NCBI GenBank assembly: GCA_963796275.1
Contig: CAWCKY010000002.1
Span: 640,001-704,000, forward strand
Origin: an uncultured Acidobacteriota bacterium
GTDB taxonomy: Bacteria > Acidobacteriota > Blastocatellia > RBC074
Reading direction: 5' to 3'
Length of the DNA: 64,000 bases
Shown here: positions 36,635 through 46,252 of the stretch, piece by piece
How the letters are laid out: each line of letters opens with the position of its first letter
Numbering within the stretch: the stretch's first letter is position 1
Translations under genes and position numbers: made by a program
The notes under the pieces: model-generated
Seen by the model: the letters and a program-made list of their open reading frames with translations, nothing else
Told to the model about the DNA's origin: nothing
The model's database searches: none

Positions 36635-37567
36635 ATGCTAAAGCAGAATCTCATTGCCTCTTTCTTCCTCGTCTTCGCCGGCATTATTACATACGCGCAG
36701 GACAATCCATTTCTAGGGAAATGGGATATCACAGGCACGGCACCAAATAACAACCATGTCTACTGGTTGGAAGTGAAATTGGAAGGAGGTAAGCTGGTCG
36801 GCTATTTCCTCAATCGCGGCGGAAGTGTGACGAAGTTGCCCGAGATAGCCATCGATAATGGCGAACTCGTCTTCTCACCCTCGGCCAAGGCTGATCCGGC
36901 GAAGCCCGTCCATCGCGCAAAAGTCGAGGATGGACGGCTGCTCGGCATGCTGACGGCCGGTGACCGCGAGATCGCATGGATCGGAGTACGCCCGCCCAAG
37001 TGGGGAGATTTCAACGCGAACGCGAAACACAAATTGGGGACACCGGTGCCGCTCTTTGACGGCAAGACGATGGATAGCTGGGATGTTCAACATAAAGATC
37101 GTCCCTCCGGCTGGAGCATCGTCGATGGTGCCATGACGAACGAACCGCACGCCAACAATCTGGTCTCCAAACACCGTTTCCAGGATTTCAAAATCCATTG
37201 CGAATACAAACTCGAAAATAAGAGCAACAGTGGAATCTACCTGCGCGGGCGCTATGAGCTGCAGGTATTCGATGATGCCGGTAAGGAACCTGAAAGCCAT
37301 GGCCATATGGCGCTTTACAGCCGCGTCGCTCCGCTCGTCAATGCCAGCTTGCCCGCCGGCCAATGGCAGGTGATGGATGCGACGATCGTAGGCAACCGGT
37401 TGACCGTATTCCTCAACGGAAAAAAGGTGCAAGACAACATCGCCATTGATGGCATCACGGGTGGCGCGCTCGACAGCAATGAAGGGGACCCCGGGCCGAT
37501 CATGCTGCAAGGAGATCACGAAAAAATATGGTACCGCAAAGTTATTGTAACGCCGATTGTGAAGTGA
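36635..37567 (+). CDS. DUF1080 (3-keto-disaccharide hydrolase-like) secreted protein
   Basis: PLFDGK, NSGIYLRGRYELQV, LQGDH. Confidence 0.88.
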   Translation: MLKQNLIASFFLVFAGIITYAQDNPFLGKWDITGTAPNNNHVYWLEVKLEGGKLVGYFLNRGGSVTKLPEIAIDNGELVFSPSAKADPAKPVHRAKVEDGRLLGMLTAGDREIAWIGVRPPKWGDFNANAKHKLGTPVPLFDGKTMDSWDVQHKDRPSGWSIVDGAMTNEPHANNLVSKHRFQDFKIHCEYKLENKSNSGIYLRGRYELQVFDDAGKEPESHGHMALYSRVAPLVNASLPAGQWQVMDATIVGNRLTVFLNGKKVQDNIAIDGITGGALDSNEGDPGPIMLQGDHEKIWYRKVIVTPIVK

Positions 37568-37818
37568 ACAATTGAATAAGTCGGTCGGCCAATGAAATCC
37601 GGCTCACCGAAACGAGCGGAGAGGGTAGAAGAGGATAGATGATGTCGGCAGAGTGAGCGGTATTGAGGATGCATCTGATTCACATCGCGATCTCTGCCCC
37701 ATCTGAAATGAGCCGGGTGTCTCCTTGCGGACGGTTATCCATGCTATGTACGATGAACAAACGAGCTTGACTCAGGCGATAAGTTTTTCACGATCATCCT
37801 TTGCGGTATAATCCCGAT

Positions 37819-39096
37819 ATGTCTAACTTCAGTCTTTTACGAAATGCTTTCAGTCTCTTGTTACTTGGCGTCACATTCACTTTTCCTTCCTTCGGTCAAT
37901 CAGCGCTCAATATACAAGCAGAATCCGGTTTGAGGACCCAGAATCCGGTCGGCCGACCCAACCAACAGCCGATCACGATCTCCAACCCGAGTCTCCCTCC
38001 CAAACAGATCACTCCGCAGGCTCGCCGCAACATCGGCGTCTTTTTCGACAAGCTGCGCGCAGGTAAGGCCGTCACAGTCGCATATCTCGGCGGGTCGATA
38101 GCTGCGGGCATAGGCGCAAGCAATCCGGAAAAAAGTTCTTACCGCGCGCTCGTCACCGACTGGCTGAAAAAGCAGTATCCGAAATCTCAGATAACCGAGA
38201 TCAACGCGGCAGTCGTCGGGACGGGATCGCTATACGGCGCCCTGCGCGCGCGGCGCGACGTGATCGCTTTCAAACCCGATCTCGTCTTCATCGATTTCAC
38301 GATCGACGACGCAAGCGAGGAAGAAGGCTCGGCGAAGAAAGCCATAGAGGGTCTGCTGCGGCAGCTCCTGATAATCCCCCAGCCGCCGGAAATCCTGATG
38401 CTCTACACTACGACGGCGAAACGCGACGTGTCCAACGACTGGCATGAATCGATAGCCGGATATTACCAGGTCCCAGCGATCGACCTACAAACCGAGATAA
38501 ACGCCGTGATCGATGCCGGTAAGATCAAGCCGTCGGAATTCTGGCTGAAAGATGGCGTCAACCCTACTGACTCGGGGCATAGATTCTATGCCGAGCAGAT
38601 TACGAAGTTCCTGGCCGGTCAGGAGACGCTGAAGCCCACGCCGATCGCGCGCAACCTTCCCTCGCCGTTCGTGAGTGACGAAATGAATTACGGCGAGTTC
38701 AAAGCGCTGGCTGAAATCAGACATGATTCGAGTTGGCGCAAGGAACAGAACGCTGATCGCAAGCTGCCGACGATACTGCTGGCGAGCGTCAAGGCGGGAG
38801 CCCAGCTCGATTACTATTTCGAGGGCACGGTCATCGGGATTTCGTTTCGCATGGGGCCAGATTGCGGGATCGTCGAGGTTATGATTGACGGCAAACCTGC
38901 GCCCTTCCCAGTAGGTAGGATCGACTGTTACGACAGCGTAATGCATATCGGCACACGCATAATAGCCGGCGGGCTCAGCCCGGGCGAACATAAACTTACG
39001 ATTCGCGTAACCGGCGAAAAGAACGCCAAGAGCGCGGGCAATGCCGTGCGGCTCGGTTATTTGCTGGTCGGCGGGACGAGGCCGGAGAGGCTGTGA
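37819..39096 (+). CDS. SGNH/GDSL hydrolase family protein
   Basis: AYLGGSI block I, INAAVVGTGS, PDLVFIDF, DGVNP (the catalytic DxxH His appears replaced by Asn). Confidence 0.78.
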   Translation: MSNFSLLRNAFSLLLLGVTFTFPSFGQSALNIQAESGLRTQNPVGRPNQQPITISNPSLPPKQITPQARRNIGVFFDKLRAGKAVTVAYLGGSIAAGIGASNPEKSSYRALVTDWLKKQYPKSQITEINAAVVGTGSLYGALRARRDVIAFKPDLVFIDFTIDDASEEEGSAKKAIEGLLRQLLIIPQPPEILMLYTTTAKRDVSNDWHESIAGYYQVPAIDLQTEINAVIDAGKIKPSEFWLKDGVNPTDSGHRFYAEQITKFLAGQETLKPTPIARNLPSPFVSDEMNYGEFKALAEIRHDSSWRKEQNADRKLPTILLASVKAGAQLDYYFEGTVIGISFRMGPDCGIVEVMIDGKPAPFPVGRIDCYDSVMHIGTRIIAGGLSPGEHKLTIRVTGEKNAKSAGNAVRLGYLLVGGTRPERL

Positions 39097-39178
39097 AGGC
39101 GAAATCGAAAAGCAAAAAGCGCGAAAGTATTTTTATCTGAGTTTGCCCTTTAGCTGGCTGCTGACCTTTTGTTTCCGC

Positions 39179-40522
39179 TTAACTCATGTAGCGAGAGTCG
39201 CCGCGTAGAATGGGTTCCGGCATCATTTCCATTCTGACTCTCGTAATGCGCCGGCGGACAACGCGTTCGACCGTGAATTTGGTGTCGTTGTACTCGACGA
39301 TGTCGCCCTGAGCGAGGAGACGCCCCGCGCGCGCCATCAAAAACCCGGCGACGGTCATATAGTCATCGGATTCAGGCAGGTTGAGGTTAAATTTCCGATT
39401 CGCATCGCGCACGGAAAGGCTGGCGTCGATAATGAAAACACCCTCGCCGCTTTGCTTCAGTTTATCTGCCGATACTTCATCGTGTTCGTCCTGAATCTCA
39501 CCGACAATCTCCTCCAGTAAATCTTCGAGCGTCAGCATGCCTTCAACACCGCTGTGCTCATCGACGACGATCGCCAGATGCACGTTGCTGCGCTGTAAAC
39601 TCTTGAGTGCGTCACCCAAACGCGCCTTGTCTGGAATGAAGACCGGTTGGCGCATGATCTTCTTGAGGTTGAACTCCTGTGCTCTCAGCAGGTATGGCAT
39701 GACATCTTTTCCGTGGAGCACGCCGACGATGTGGTCGAAGTTGCCGCGGTAAACGGGCAGGCGTGAATAACCGGAGATATGGAATTGATGGACGACTTCG
39801 GCGAACTGCGCTCGATCGTCGATCGCCACAATCTCGGTGCGCGGGACCATGATTTCACGCACCGTCAGTTCGGAGAATTCAAAGACGTTGTGGATCAGTT
39901 CCTTTTCATCTTTCTCTAAATGGCCCGATTGATGGCTGAGATTTATCAGATGGCGGAGCTCCTCTTCGGTATAGACCGTGTGATGACCGGGTCTGAAATT
40001 AACGCCGAAGAGCCTGAGGAATCTGATGCCTGAGACATTGATGAACCAGATGAACGGTTTAAAAGTGCGATAGAACAGGTCCATCCAGCGCGCCGTCGCC
40101 AGAGAGATCGCTTCGGCTTTTTCGATGGCGAACGCCTTGGGCGCGTATTCGCCGAGGACCAGATGGAGATAAGTTATGACAGCCAGAGCGACCGTGATGG
40201 CGATGGAATGTGCGATGAGAGACGAAGCGTCGGGCGGCAGAAACCTGAGGATGATCGGCTCGATGAGACTTGCGATTGTCGATTCGCCGACCGCGCCGAG
40301 CGCGAGGCTGGCGAGCGTGATCCCGAACTGGCTCGCCGAGAGCATGGCGTCGAGTTGATCGAGCGCGCGCAATACGGACGCCGCTCCTTTATGGCCGGAT
40401 GCCACCATAGTTTCGATCCGGGCGCGCCGGACGCTGACCAGCGCGAACTCGACGGCGACGAAGAAGGCGTTCGCCATCACCAGCACTAATACGACAAAAA
40501 TTTTGAAGAGAGCCCATACCAT
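39179..40522 (-). CDS. Hemolysin/CorC (CNNM-CBS) family protein
   Basis: [44 protein letters not shown]. Confidence 0.92.
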   Translation of the reverse strand: MVWALFKIFVVLVLVMANAFFVAVEFALVSVRRARIETMVASGHKGAASVLRALDQLDAMLSASQFGITLASLALGAVGESTIASLIEPIILRFLPPDASSLIAHSIAITVALAVITYLHLVLGEYAPKAFAIEKAEAISLATARWMDLFYRTFKPFIWFINVSGIRFLRLFGVNFRPGHHTVYTEEELRHLINLSHQSGHLEKDEKELIHNVFEFSELTVREIMVPRTEIVAIDDRAQFAEVVHQFHISGYSRLPVYRGNFDHIVGVLHGKDVMPYLLRAQEFNLKKIMRQPVFIPDKARLGDALKSLQRSNVHLAIVVDEHSGVEGMLTLEDLLEEIVGEIQDEHDEVSADKLKQSGEGVFIIDASLSVRDANRKFNLNLPESDDYMTVAGFLMARAGRLLAQGDIVEYNDTKFTVERVVRRRITRVRMEMMPEPILRGDSRYMS

Positions 40523-40615
40523 AGGAGGGACTGGATTATAACGCACGTTTTCTCTGTTCGACTAATGACAATTTGATTGAGACGATCGATGATCAATGAG
40601 ATAATACATGTCGTC

Positions 40616-41383
40616 ATGGAACAGGGTTGTCCAGGTTGCGGATTCGTTTCAGATCGTCCATCTCGATATTGCCGCCAATGCGGAAAACAGCTCGTTGTCG
40701 AAAATGAGCTGACATCGGCGGAGACTAGAAATTATGACTCGATCCGAGCAGCACAAGCTGCAGGCGTTTCATATCCTTCGCATCCCGGAATGCAAGCCGA
40801 AAATGTGAAGGAGGTTCAAGAAACGGCCCGATTTTATACCCCTCCTCTTACATCCGACTATGACCTCCCTGAGAAGAAAAAATCCAGGACGGGTTTGTGG
40901 CTCATACTCGCCTTGCTCTGTATCCTGCTGGTTGGCGGTGGTTTGGTCACTCTCGTCGTCCATGCATTACGTCCGCCGCGGCAAGTCGCTTCAGCAGGCG
41001 AGGAGAGGCGGTTTCCGTTTCCGCCTCCGCCACCACCTCCCCAATCTCCGGATACATCCCAGGCGGGCATGCCGGCGATATTCGATAAGTACAAATACCC
41101 TAACGCTAATGTCGATCAAACGGTGAGCGGAATAGGGATAGGCGATTTTATCAAGATGAGCACAACCGATACCGTCGGCGTTGTGAGTGATTTTTACAAG
41201 CGGGTAACAAAAGCCCCGCCGATAACCGAGAGCAGAGATAATGATGAGGGGCAGATTATATTTCAGGCTTCCAACTCTCCTCCGATTTTAGTTATCATTG
41301 GCCCCGATGATGAACTCCCCGGCAAGACTCAGATAGTGCTTATCCACTCCAGTTTCCAGATACCCAAAATAGGAAGATACTGA
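40616..41383 (+). CDS. Zinc-ribbon membrane protein
   Basis: CPGC..CRQCG, TM, poly-Pro linker. Confidence 0.75.
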   Translation: MEQGCPGCGFVSDRPSRYCRQCGKQLVVENELTSAETRNYDSIRAAQAAGVSYPSHPGMQAENVKEVQETARFYTPPLTSDYDLPEKKKSRTGLWLILALLCILLVGGGLVTLVVHALRPPRQVASAGEERRFPFPPPPPPPQSPDTSQAGMPAIFDKYKYPNANVDQTVSGIGIGDFIKMSTTDTVGVVSDFYKRVTKAPPITESRDNDEGQIIFQASNSPPILVIIGPDDELPGKTQIVLIHSSFQIPKIGRY

Positions 41384-41499
41384 GTCGTATTTTTGGGAAT
41401 CTAGAAAAAAATGGATAGTTGACTCCTCCTCGCGAAAAGGCGTAACATTAATATCTAAAAAAAAATCAACGCGCAAAGTAATTTGCGAGGGAGTTGGCG

Positions 41500-41769
41500 A
41501 TGACCAAGGCCGATCTAGCAAGAGCAGTATATGAGCGGCATGGAGGGATCTCGCTTCAGGATGCGCAACGCATCGTTGATGGAATCTTCACCATCATCAA
41601 GCAACAATTGCTTGATGGCGACCGGGTTCACATAGTAGGGTTTGGGACACTGGAGATAGTCACACGCCGGCCGCGGCGGGGGCGTAATCCGGCGACCGGT
41701 GAAACGATTGAGCTACCAGCGAAACGCGCGCTCGTTTTTCGTCCATCTCGTGCGATGAGATCAGTTTGA
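41500..41769 (+). CDS. ihfA: Integration host factor subunit alpha
   Basis: [21 protein letters not shown]; conserved ihfA-merR-tRNA-Pro context. Confidence 0.85.
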   Translation: MTKADLARAVYERHGGISLQDAQRIVDGIFTIIKQQLLDGDRVHIVGFGTLEIVTRRPRRGRNPATGETIELPAKRALVFRPSRAMRSV

Positions 41770-41794
41770 GTCGATCAAGTAAATATTTGATGAT

Positions 41795-42244
41795 ATGCAG
41801 CAATCAGCACTAGTAATCCCAGACAAACTTTTTTTCAAGATCGGAGAGGTCTGCGACATAGTAGGTGTCCAACCACACGTGCTCCGCTACTGGGAATCAG
41901 AATTTCCAATGCTGCAACCGCAGAAGAACCGCGCCGGGCAGCGAACTTACCGGCGGAAGGATGTGGAGATGGCGCTGCGGATCAGAGAACTTCTCTATGA
42001 AGAGGGGTTCACTATCGCGGGAGCGAAACGAAAATTATTGGGAGAAGGTCGTAGCGGAGGATCATCACGATTACAAATCGTGCCGCCAGGAGGGATACCT
42101 AGCGATGAGCCGGAAGCTCCGCCCGAACCCACCACACCCGAGCCGACACCTCAAATATCGCGTCTCTCGCGGGATACCATCAAACGATTGAAACTGATGG
42201 CGGAGGAATTGTTGACATCACTCAAGGCCGATGTTAAAAAGTAG
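41795..42244 (+). CDS. MerR family transcriptional regulator
   Basis: [35 protein letters not shown]. Confidence 0.92.
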   Translation: MQQSALVIPDKLFFKIGEVCDIVGVQPHVLRYWESEFPMLQPQKNRAGQRTYRRKDVEMALRIRELLYEEGFTIAGAKRKLLGEGRSGGSSRLQIVPPGGIPSDEPEAPPEPTTPEPTPQISRLSRDTIKRLKLMAEELLTSLKADVKK

Positions 42245-42274
42245 CCCGTTTCAACATCGGGGTTGAGCGAAAAA

Positions 42275-42351
<77 letters not shown>

Positions 42352-42358
42352 CTTTTAG

Positions 42359-42424
42359 AATCAATAGTTTACGGGCGCTGAGGAGGCGCCCGTTTTCATT
42401 GTGTTACACATTGAGTTACACATT
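42359..42424 (+). promoter_or_regulatory. att-border: IHF site, hairpin, tandem arm-type repeats
   Basis: AATCAATAGTTTA matches WATCAAN4TTR; hairpin acgggcgc/gcgcccgt plus T run; gttacacatt at 42403 and 42415. Confidence 0.7.
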
Positions 42425-42642
42425 CGCCCCGAAAAATATTTTCGAATTAGCCATATCGCATTGGTCTTTTCCACAGTAATCCGGCTCAGTCAGCAGAAGG
42501 ATCACTCTCTTATAAAGATTCAAATGATCGCTCAGTCCCCGGGCGACTTTCTCCAATCTACTGGACAGGTATCGGAAGAAAACATAGCAATCGAATCCAG
42601 CCCACGCATCGTTTCTACAACAGTACTGGGACTGCGGTAATA

Positions 42643-43242
42643 ATGCGTGGCAAGAAGATATTGGTGATCATCATCGCGCTGGCGTTGCTGCTTGCCTGTA
42701 TCGTCGCGCTGAGACTGCGAAGGGACAAGCCGATTGGCCCGAGTGTGTCGGAAACTTCGCGATTAATCGGAGGCCCGGCCTTCGAGGTTCAGGTCGAGAT
42801 GCCTGCCTTCAATTCAGGCCGCGCACCTTGGGAGATCCCTGGCGTCATCTTGGGTTACGATCATGGACCGCGGTTCGATCAGGCAAGTCCCGGCGCCCAG
42901 GTCGGGAAGATAGCAGCGGATCATATCGAGCTTAGCGCCGACGGCGGCTGGGACATTTTGATCGAGACCGACGGCGAAGGACGGCTCACTCAAGGAACAC
43001 ACGTCGCATTTCCGGTAAAACTCGGGGGCAGACCGTTGAAATTCAACTGTCGACCCGCAGATCCGACCGTTGGCTATCTTCACACCACCGCGCGCACGGG
43101 CTCGGATGAACTCGAAGGGAGCTTCCAACTGGAAGTCGCTATCTGCAAGAATGCTGTCTCAGGAAAAACTGCCGCGTGGCCCTACCAACCGCTCAAGGTT
43201 CGTGGGAACTTTGCAGGGTTGAAAAAGCAAGGAGAAAGATGA
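42643..43242 (+). CDS. Hypothetical exported protein, integron cassette ORF
   Basis: N-terminal TM/signal; stop codon 6 bp before an attC. Confidence 0.75.
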   Translation: MRGKKILVIIIALALLLACIVALRLRRDKPIGPSVSETSRLIGGPAFEVQVEMPAFNSGRAPWEIPGVILGYDHGPRFDQASPGAQVGKIAADHIELSADGGWDILIETDGEGRLTQGTHVAFPVKLGGRPLKFNCRPADPTVGYLHTTARTGSDELEGSFQLEVAICKNAVSGKTAAWPYQPLKVRGNFAGLKKQGER

Positions 43243-43248
43243 GTCGCC

Positions 43249-43353
43249 GTCGAACAAATCGTTGGACGCGAGCGGCGGCCAAAAGCAGTGACAAGTGACG
43301 CGTGACAAGTGACAAGTGATAGGCCGCCGCCGCGTCAACTCAACCGGTTAGGC
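43249..43353 (+). other. Integron attC recombination site
   Basis: R'' GTCGAAC, L'' GTTGGACG pairing with L' CGTCAAC (one extra base), gcgAgcggcggcc/ggccgccgccgc (second extra base), R' GTTAGGC. Confidence 0.85.
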
Positions 43354-43641
43354 GCCGATCGGCCAAATAGATTCAACTACCGTTAGAATCATCGCGGTAC
43401 CGAGTACATGGGGCACCGCCTAACCTGCGGGCTCACAACGTCGCGCACGGAGGCGGAGAGCCTGGTCGAGCGCTTTGCGGTGGGCACGCGCTGGGAAGTA
43501 CGGATATGCGAAGCTCGGCCCCAGCTGTCGGTCCTGCATCCTGGTGTAACCCCTCGCCTATGGTCCAGCTTGGCATTCTTCGTCGTGTTCTCGATAGGTT
43601 CGGTTTACATCTTGATCAGCGTCCTGGCCACCCTTCAGTAG
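43354..43641 (+). pseudogene. DUF3592-like fragment, N-terminus missing, in-frame TAG
   Basis: FNYR*NHRGTEYMGHRL..EAESLVERFAVG..P..SVLHPG plus C-terminal TM; TAG at 43384. Confidence 0.5.
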
Positions 43642-43746
43642 TAGCTCCTAAGGTGTGCCTTTGGTGATCAGGTTTGACATACTGCAATGCGCCAAACCGG
43701 CCCACCGAAGGCACAAACAACAGCGCCCCGCGCCAATATTTCACGG

Positions 43747-45079
43747 TTATTTTTCCTTCGTGAAAACCCTCGCCCCACCGCCCCGTTTTAAGATCATCTG
43801 GTTTTTCGCGGCGTCGAACTCAAAAACGACCCGCCCGCCGAAGATTTGAAATTTATCCTGCGCCGTCGCTTCGAGCGGGGCAGCGCTTTCACTGCCCGGC
43901 TGAAAGAAAAGCGTCGCGCCGTCTCTGGTGATCGTAAATTTCACGGGGGCGTCGGGGCTCGAATAAACTCCGACGTATTTGTCCAGAACTTCCGGGCTGA
44001 CGGCGATCGATTCGAAGGCGGGAATCTCAAACGGTTTATTGTAGTAGATGTCGATAACGCCGCTCACAATATCCTTTACCGGGTAAACCTTCGCGTTCGT
44101 AGTGTAGGCGACCGCCAGCTTTTCTTCCGGCAGGTAAGCCAGCCACGCTCCGTAGTTGTCGCCCCCGCCCGTGTGCCCGTAGAAGGTCTTGCCGGCGAAC
44201 GTGAAGGTCACCATTCCGAGCCCCTCGCCGTCCCTCATCGTTTTCATCTGATCGAGGCTCTCCTGAGAGATCAATTTCCCGTCGAACAGCGCCTGGATGA
44301 ATTTGGCCAGGTCGTCCGGTGTCGAAACAATCGCCTGCCGAAGAGGATGCTCGGATGGGTTTCGGAACCCTGTTTCCAGTCGCTGCCGGTATTGATATAG
44401 GTAAGAGCTTCGTTTTTGTTCACATCGATGTTTCCGGTCGCGATGTATGTATCCTTGAGCCCGATCTTGGAGGTGATTCTTTCCTCGAGAGCTTCCTCGT
44501 AGGGTTTGCCGGTTAGCTTTTCAAGGATAAGACCTAAAAGGAAATAGCCGGAATTGCTGTAGGAATGCTTTGTGTCCGGCTCGAAATCAGGCGTGCCTTT
44601 GACGATCAGGGCGAGCATTTCATCCTTCGTTACTGGTCGTCTCCAGGTTTCCAGATTGCCTGATCGCGCCTTACGTTCGGGATACCGCTGCGATGCGAGA
44701 GGATTTGCACGATGGTAATTTTCTGGGCGTTCGGAACCTGCGGGAAGAATTTGTCGAGCGTGTCGGTCAGCTTCAGTTTTCCTTCCTCGACGAGCTGCAG
44801 GATCATCGCGGCGGTGAACATTTTTGTGATCGAACCGATCCGGAATCTGCTCGCCGCGGTCAAAGGTTTCTTTTCGGTTCCGTTGATCTGGCTGTAGCCG
44901 ATGGCGCGGGTGTAAAGAACGTTGCCGTCTTTGGCGATGGTCAGGCTCCCCATCGCCTTATTCTTTTCGGCGAGCCGGTCAAAAAACTGGTCGAGTTTGG
45001 CTTTGTCCAGCGTCTGTGCGTAGCCTGCGGTGAACAACGCCAGTGTCAGTAAAGTTGCGAATAATATTTTAATTTTCAT
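43747..45079 (-). pseudogene. Serine hydrolase (beta-lactamase-related family), broken into three ORFs
   Basis: FRIGSITK (SxxK), YSNSGY (YxN), GHTGG in successive frames; breaks near 44635 and 44335. Confidence 0.85.
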
Positions 45080-45220
45080 AGTTGCGCTCCCCTTCTGCCA
45101 ACGTTTTGCGCTTCCGCGCTACGGCAGCAGGAAGACTTTTAAAACACCTCCTTGGGCTTGTCAAGGACTTTGCATCACAAAGCTCTTTTATTTTTTCAGT
45201 TTTTAGAAATAACGCCTCTT

Positions 45221-45466
45221 TCAATCACGTCCCCTCTTTCCATCGCCATTTTCATCTCCCTGCAACCATTTCAATAAATCAGCCCCAAGATAATATCGCC
45301 GTCTCCCAATGTTACGTCCTCTGAGTTCACCGGATTTCTCTGCGCGAATGAGAGTAGATAAGGAAAATCCGGTAATCGCGATAGCCTCCTCACGCTCGTA
45401 AACCGCATTCTCGATGATTGGCTGTTTTTTGATCGTGGCTTGAATCAGATTTTGTTCTATTTCCAT
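45221..45466 (-). CDS. Excisionase/AlpA-like HTH DNA-binding protein
   Basis: YEREEAIAITGFSLSTLIRAEKSGELRG..IGRRRYYLGADLLKWL; GGAG RBS. Confidence 0.75.
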   Translation of the reverse strand: MEIEQNLIQATIKKQPIIENAVYEREEAIAITGFSLSTLIRAEKSGELRGRNIGRRRYYLGADLLKWLQGDENGDGKRGRD

Positions 45467-45510
45467 AATAATTCGGAATTACTCCTCTCCAGAGATTAGG
45501 TTTCTTCTGA

Positions 45511-45609
45511 TCAGTACCGCAGCGCGAGCCCTTGTTCCATACTGGTGGCGTACTTTCTGATTTCTCCCTCAATTTCTGTGTTGATCCGATCCATATCGAT
45601 TTCGCTCAT
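45511..45609 (-). CDS. 32-aa ORF ending in a copy of the VirB6-like C-terminus
   Basis: AAGGAG RBS; MSEIDMDRINTEIEGEIRKYATSMEQGLALRY*. Confidence 0.4.
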   Translation of the reverse strand: MSEIDMDRINTEIEGEIRKYATSMEQGLALRY

Positions 45610-45775
45610 AGTTCCACACTCCTTTGCGTAGTACCACTGCTGCGATTCCATAGTCGCAATCAAATACAGCTCAAGAGCATTTTCTCGAAGACGGCAATGT
45701 TTTCCACCTGATTTGCATCATACGTTATCAACTTGAATCCTCTGTATTCCCGTGACTCGACCATTTGACGGTGAA

Positions 45776-46250
45776 TCAGCCGTTTACGGAGGTAAACCCG
45801 GCGCCTTCCATTAAGGTGAACAAGACGCTGAATCCTCTTGCGTATTTGAGACTGTTCTCCATTCCCCCGTGGTTCTTTCGATCCCCGTTCTTACGGTCAT
45901 CCTCTTGTCCCTCAAGATGGGTGCGAGTTCCCAAGATAAAGCCGATTCCAGTGTTCGGACGCCTAGCGAGGCTTGCCCCTTCGGAATGATCCTCATGAGC
46001 GCTTGAACTTTCACAGAGCGGACATTCAGGGCCGGTCGAAAATTGACCGGGATTTCGTCGCAAAAACGGGAATTCGCGCTGAACCACCTGCAGGATGCGA
46101 CCACAGCCGCAAAGCAACCTGAGGCGCCCGCGATATAGACGATCCAATTCTTTGATCGCCGCGTCCGACCAAGGCCGGGATATCTGAATCCAGAATGGCG
46201 CTTTCCATATCTATTACCTCACTATCCCGACACTCTATCCAGAAGGCCAT
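45776..46250 (-). pseudogene. Cys-rich (DUF1173-like) protein, frameshifted and probably truncated
   Basis: MAFWIEC..GRGDQ joins ELDRLYRGRLRLLCGCG..FLRRNPG..CPLCE on removing one base near 46150. Confidence 0.45.
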
Positions 46251-46252
46251 GC

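Noticed and set aside
42401-42640. 79-aa ORF right after the tRNA as an integrase remnant
   Set aside because: No tyrosine or serine recombinase motifs; overlaps att-like repeats
43375-43430. Second attC (GTTAGAA / GCCTAAC) or stop-codon readthrough at TAG 43384
   Set aside because: No paired L boxes; sequence reads as coding DNA of a gene fragment with a nonsense change, and no recoding machinery is seen
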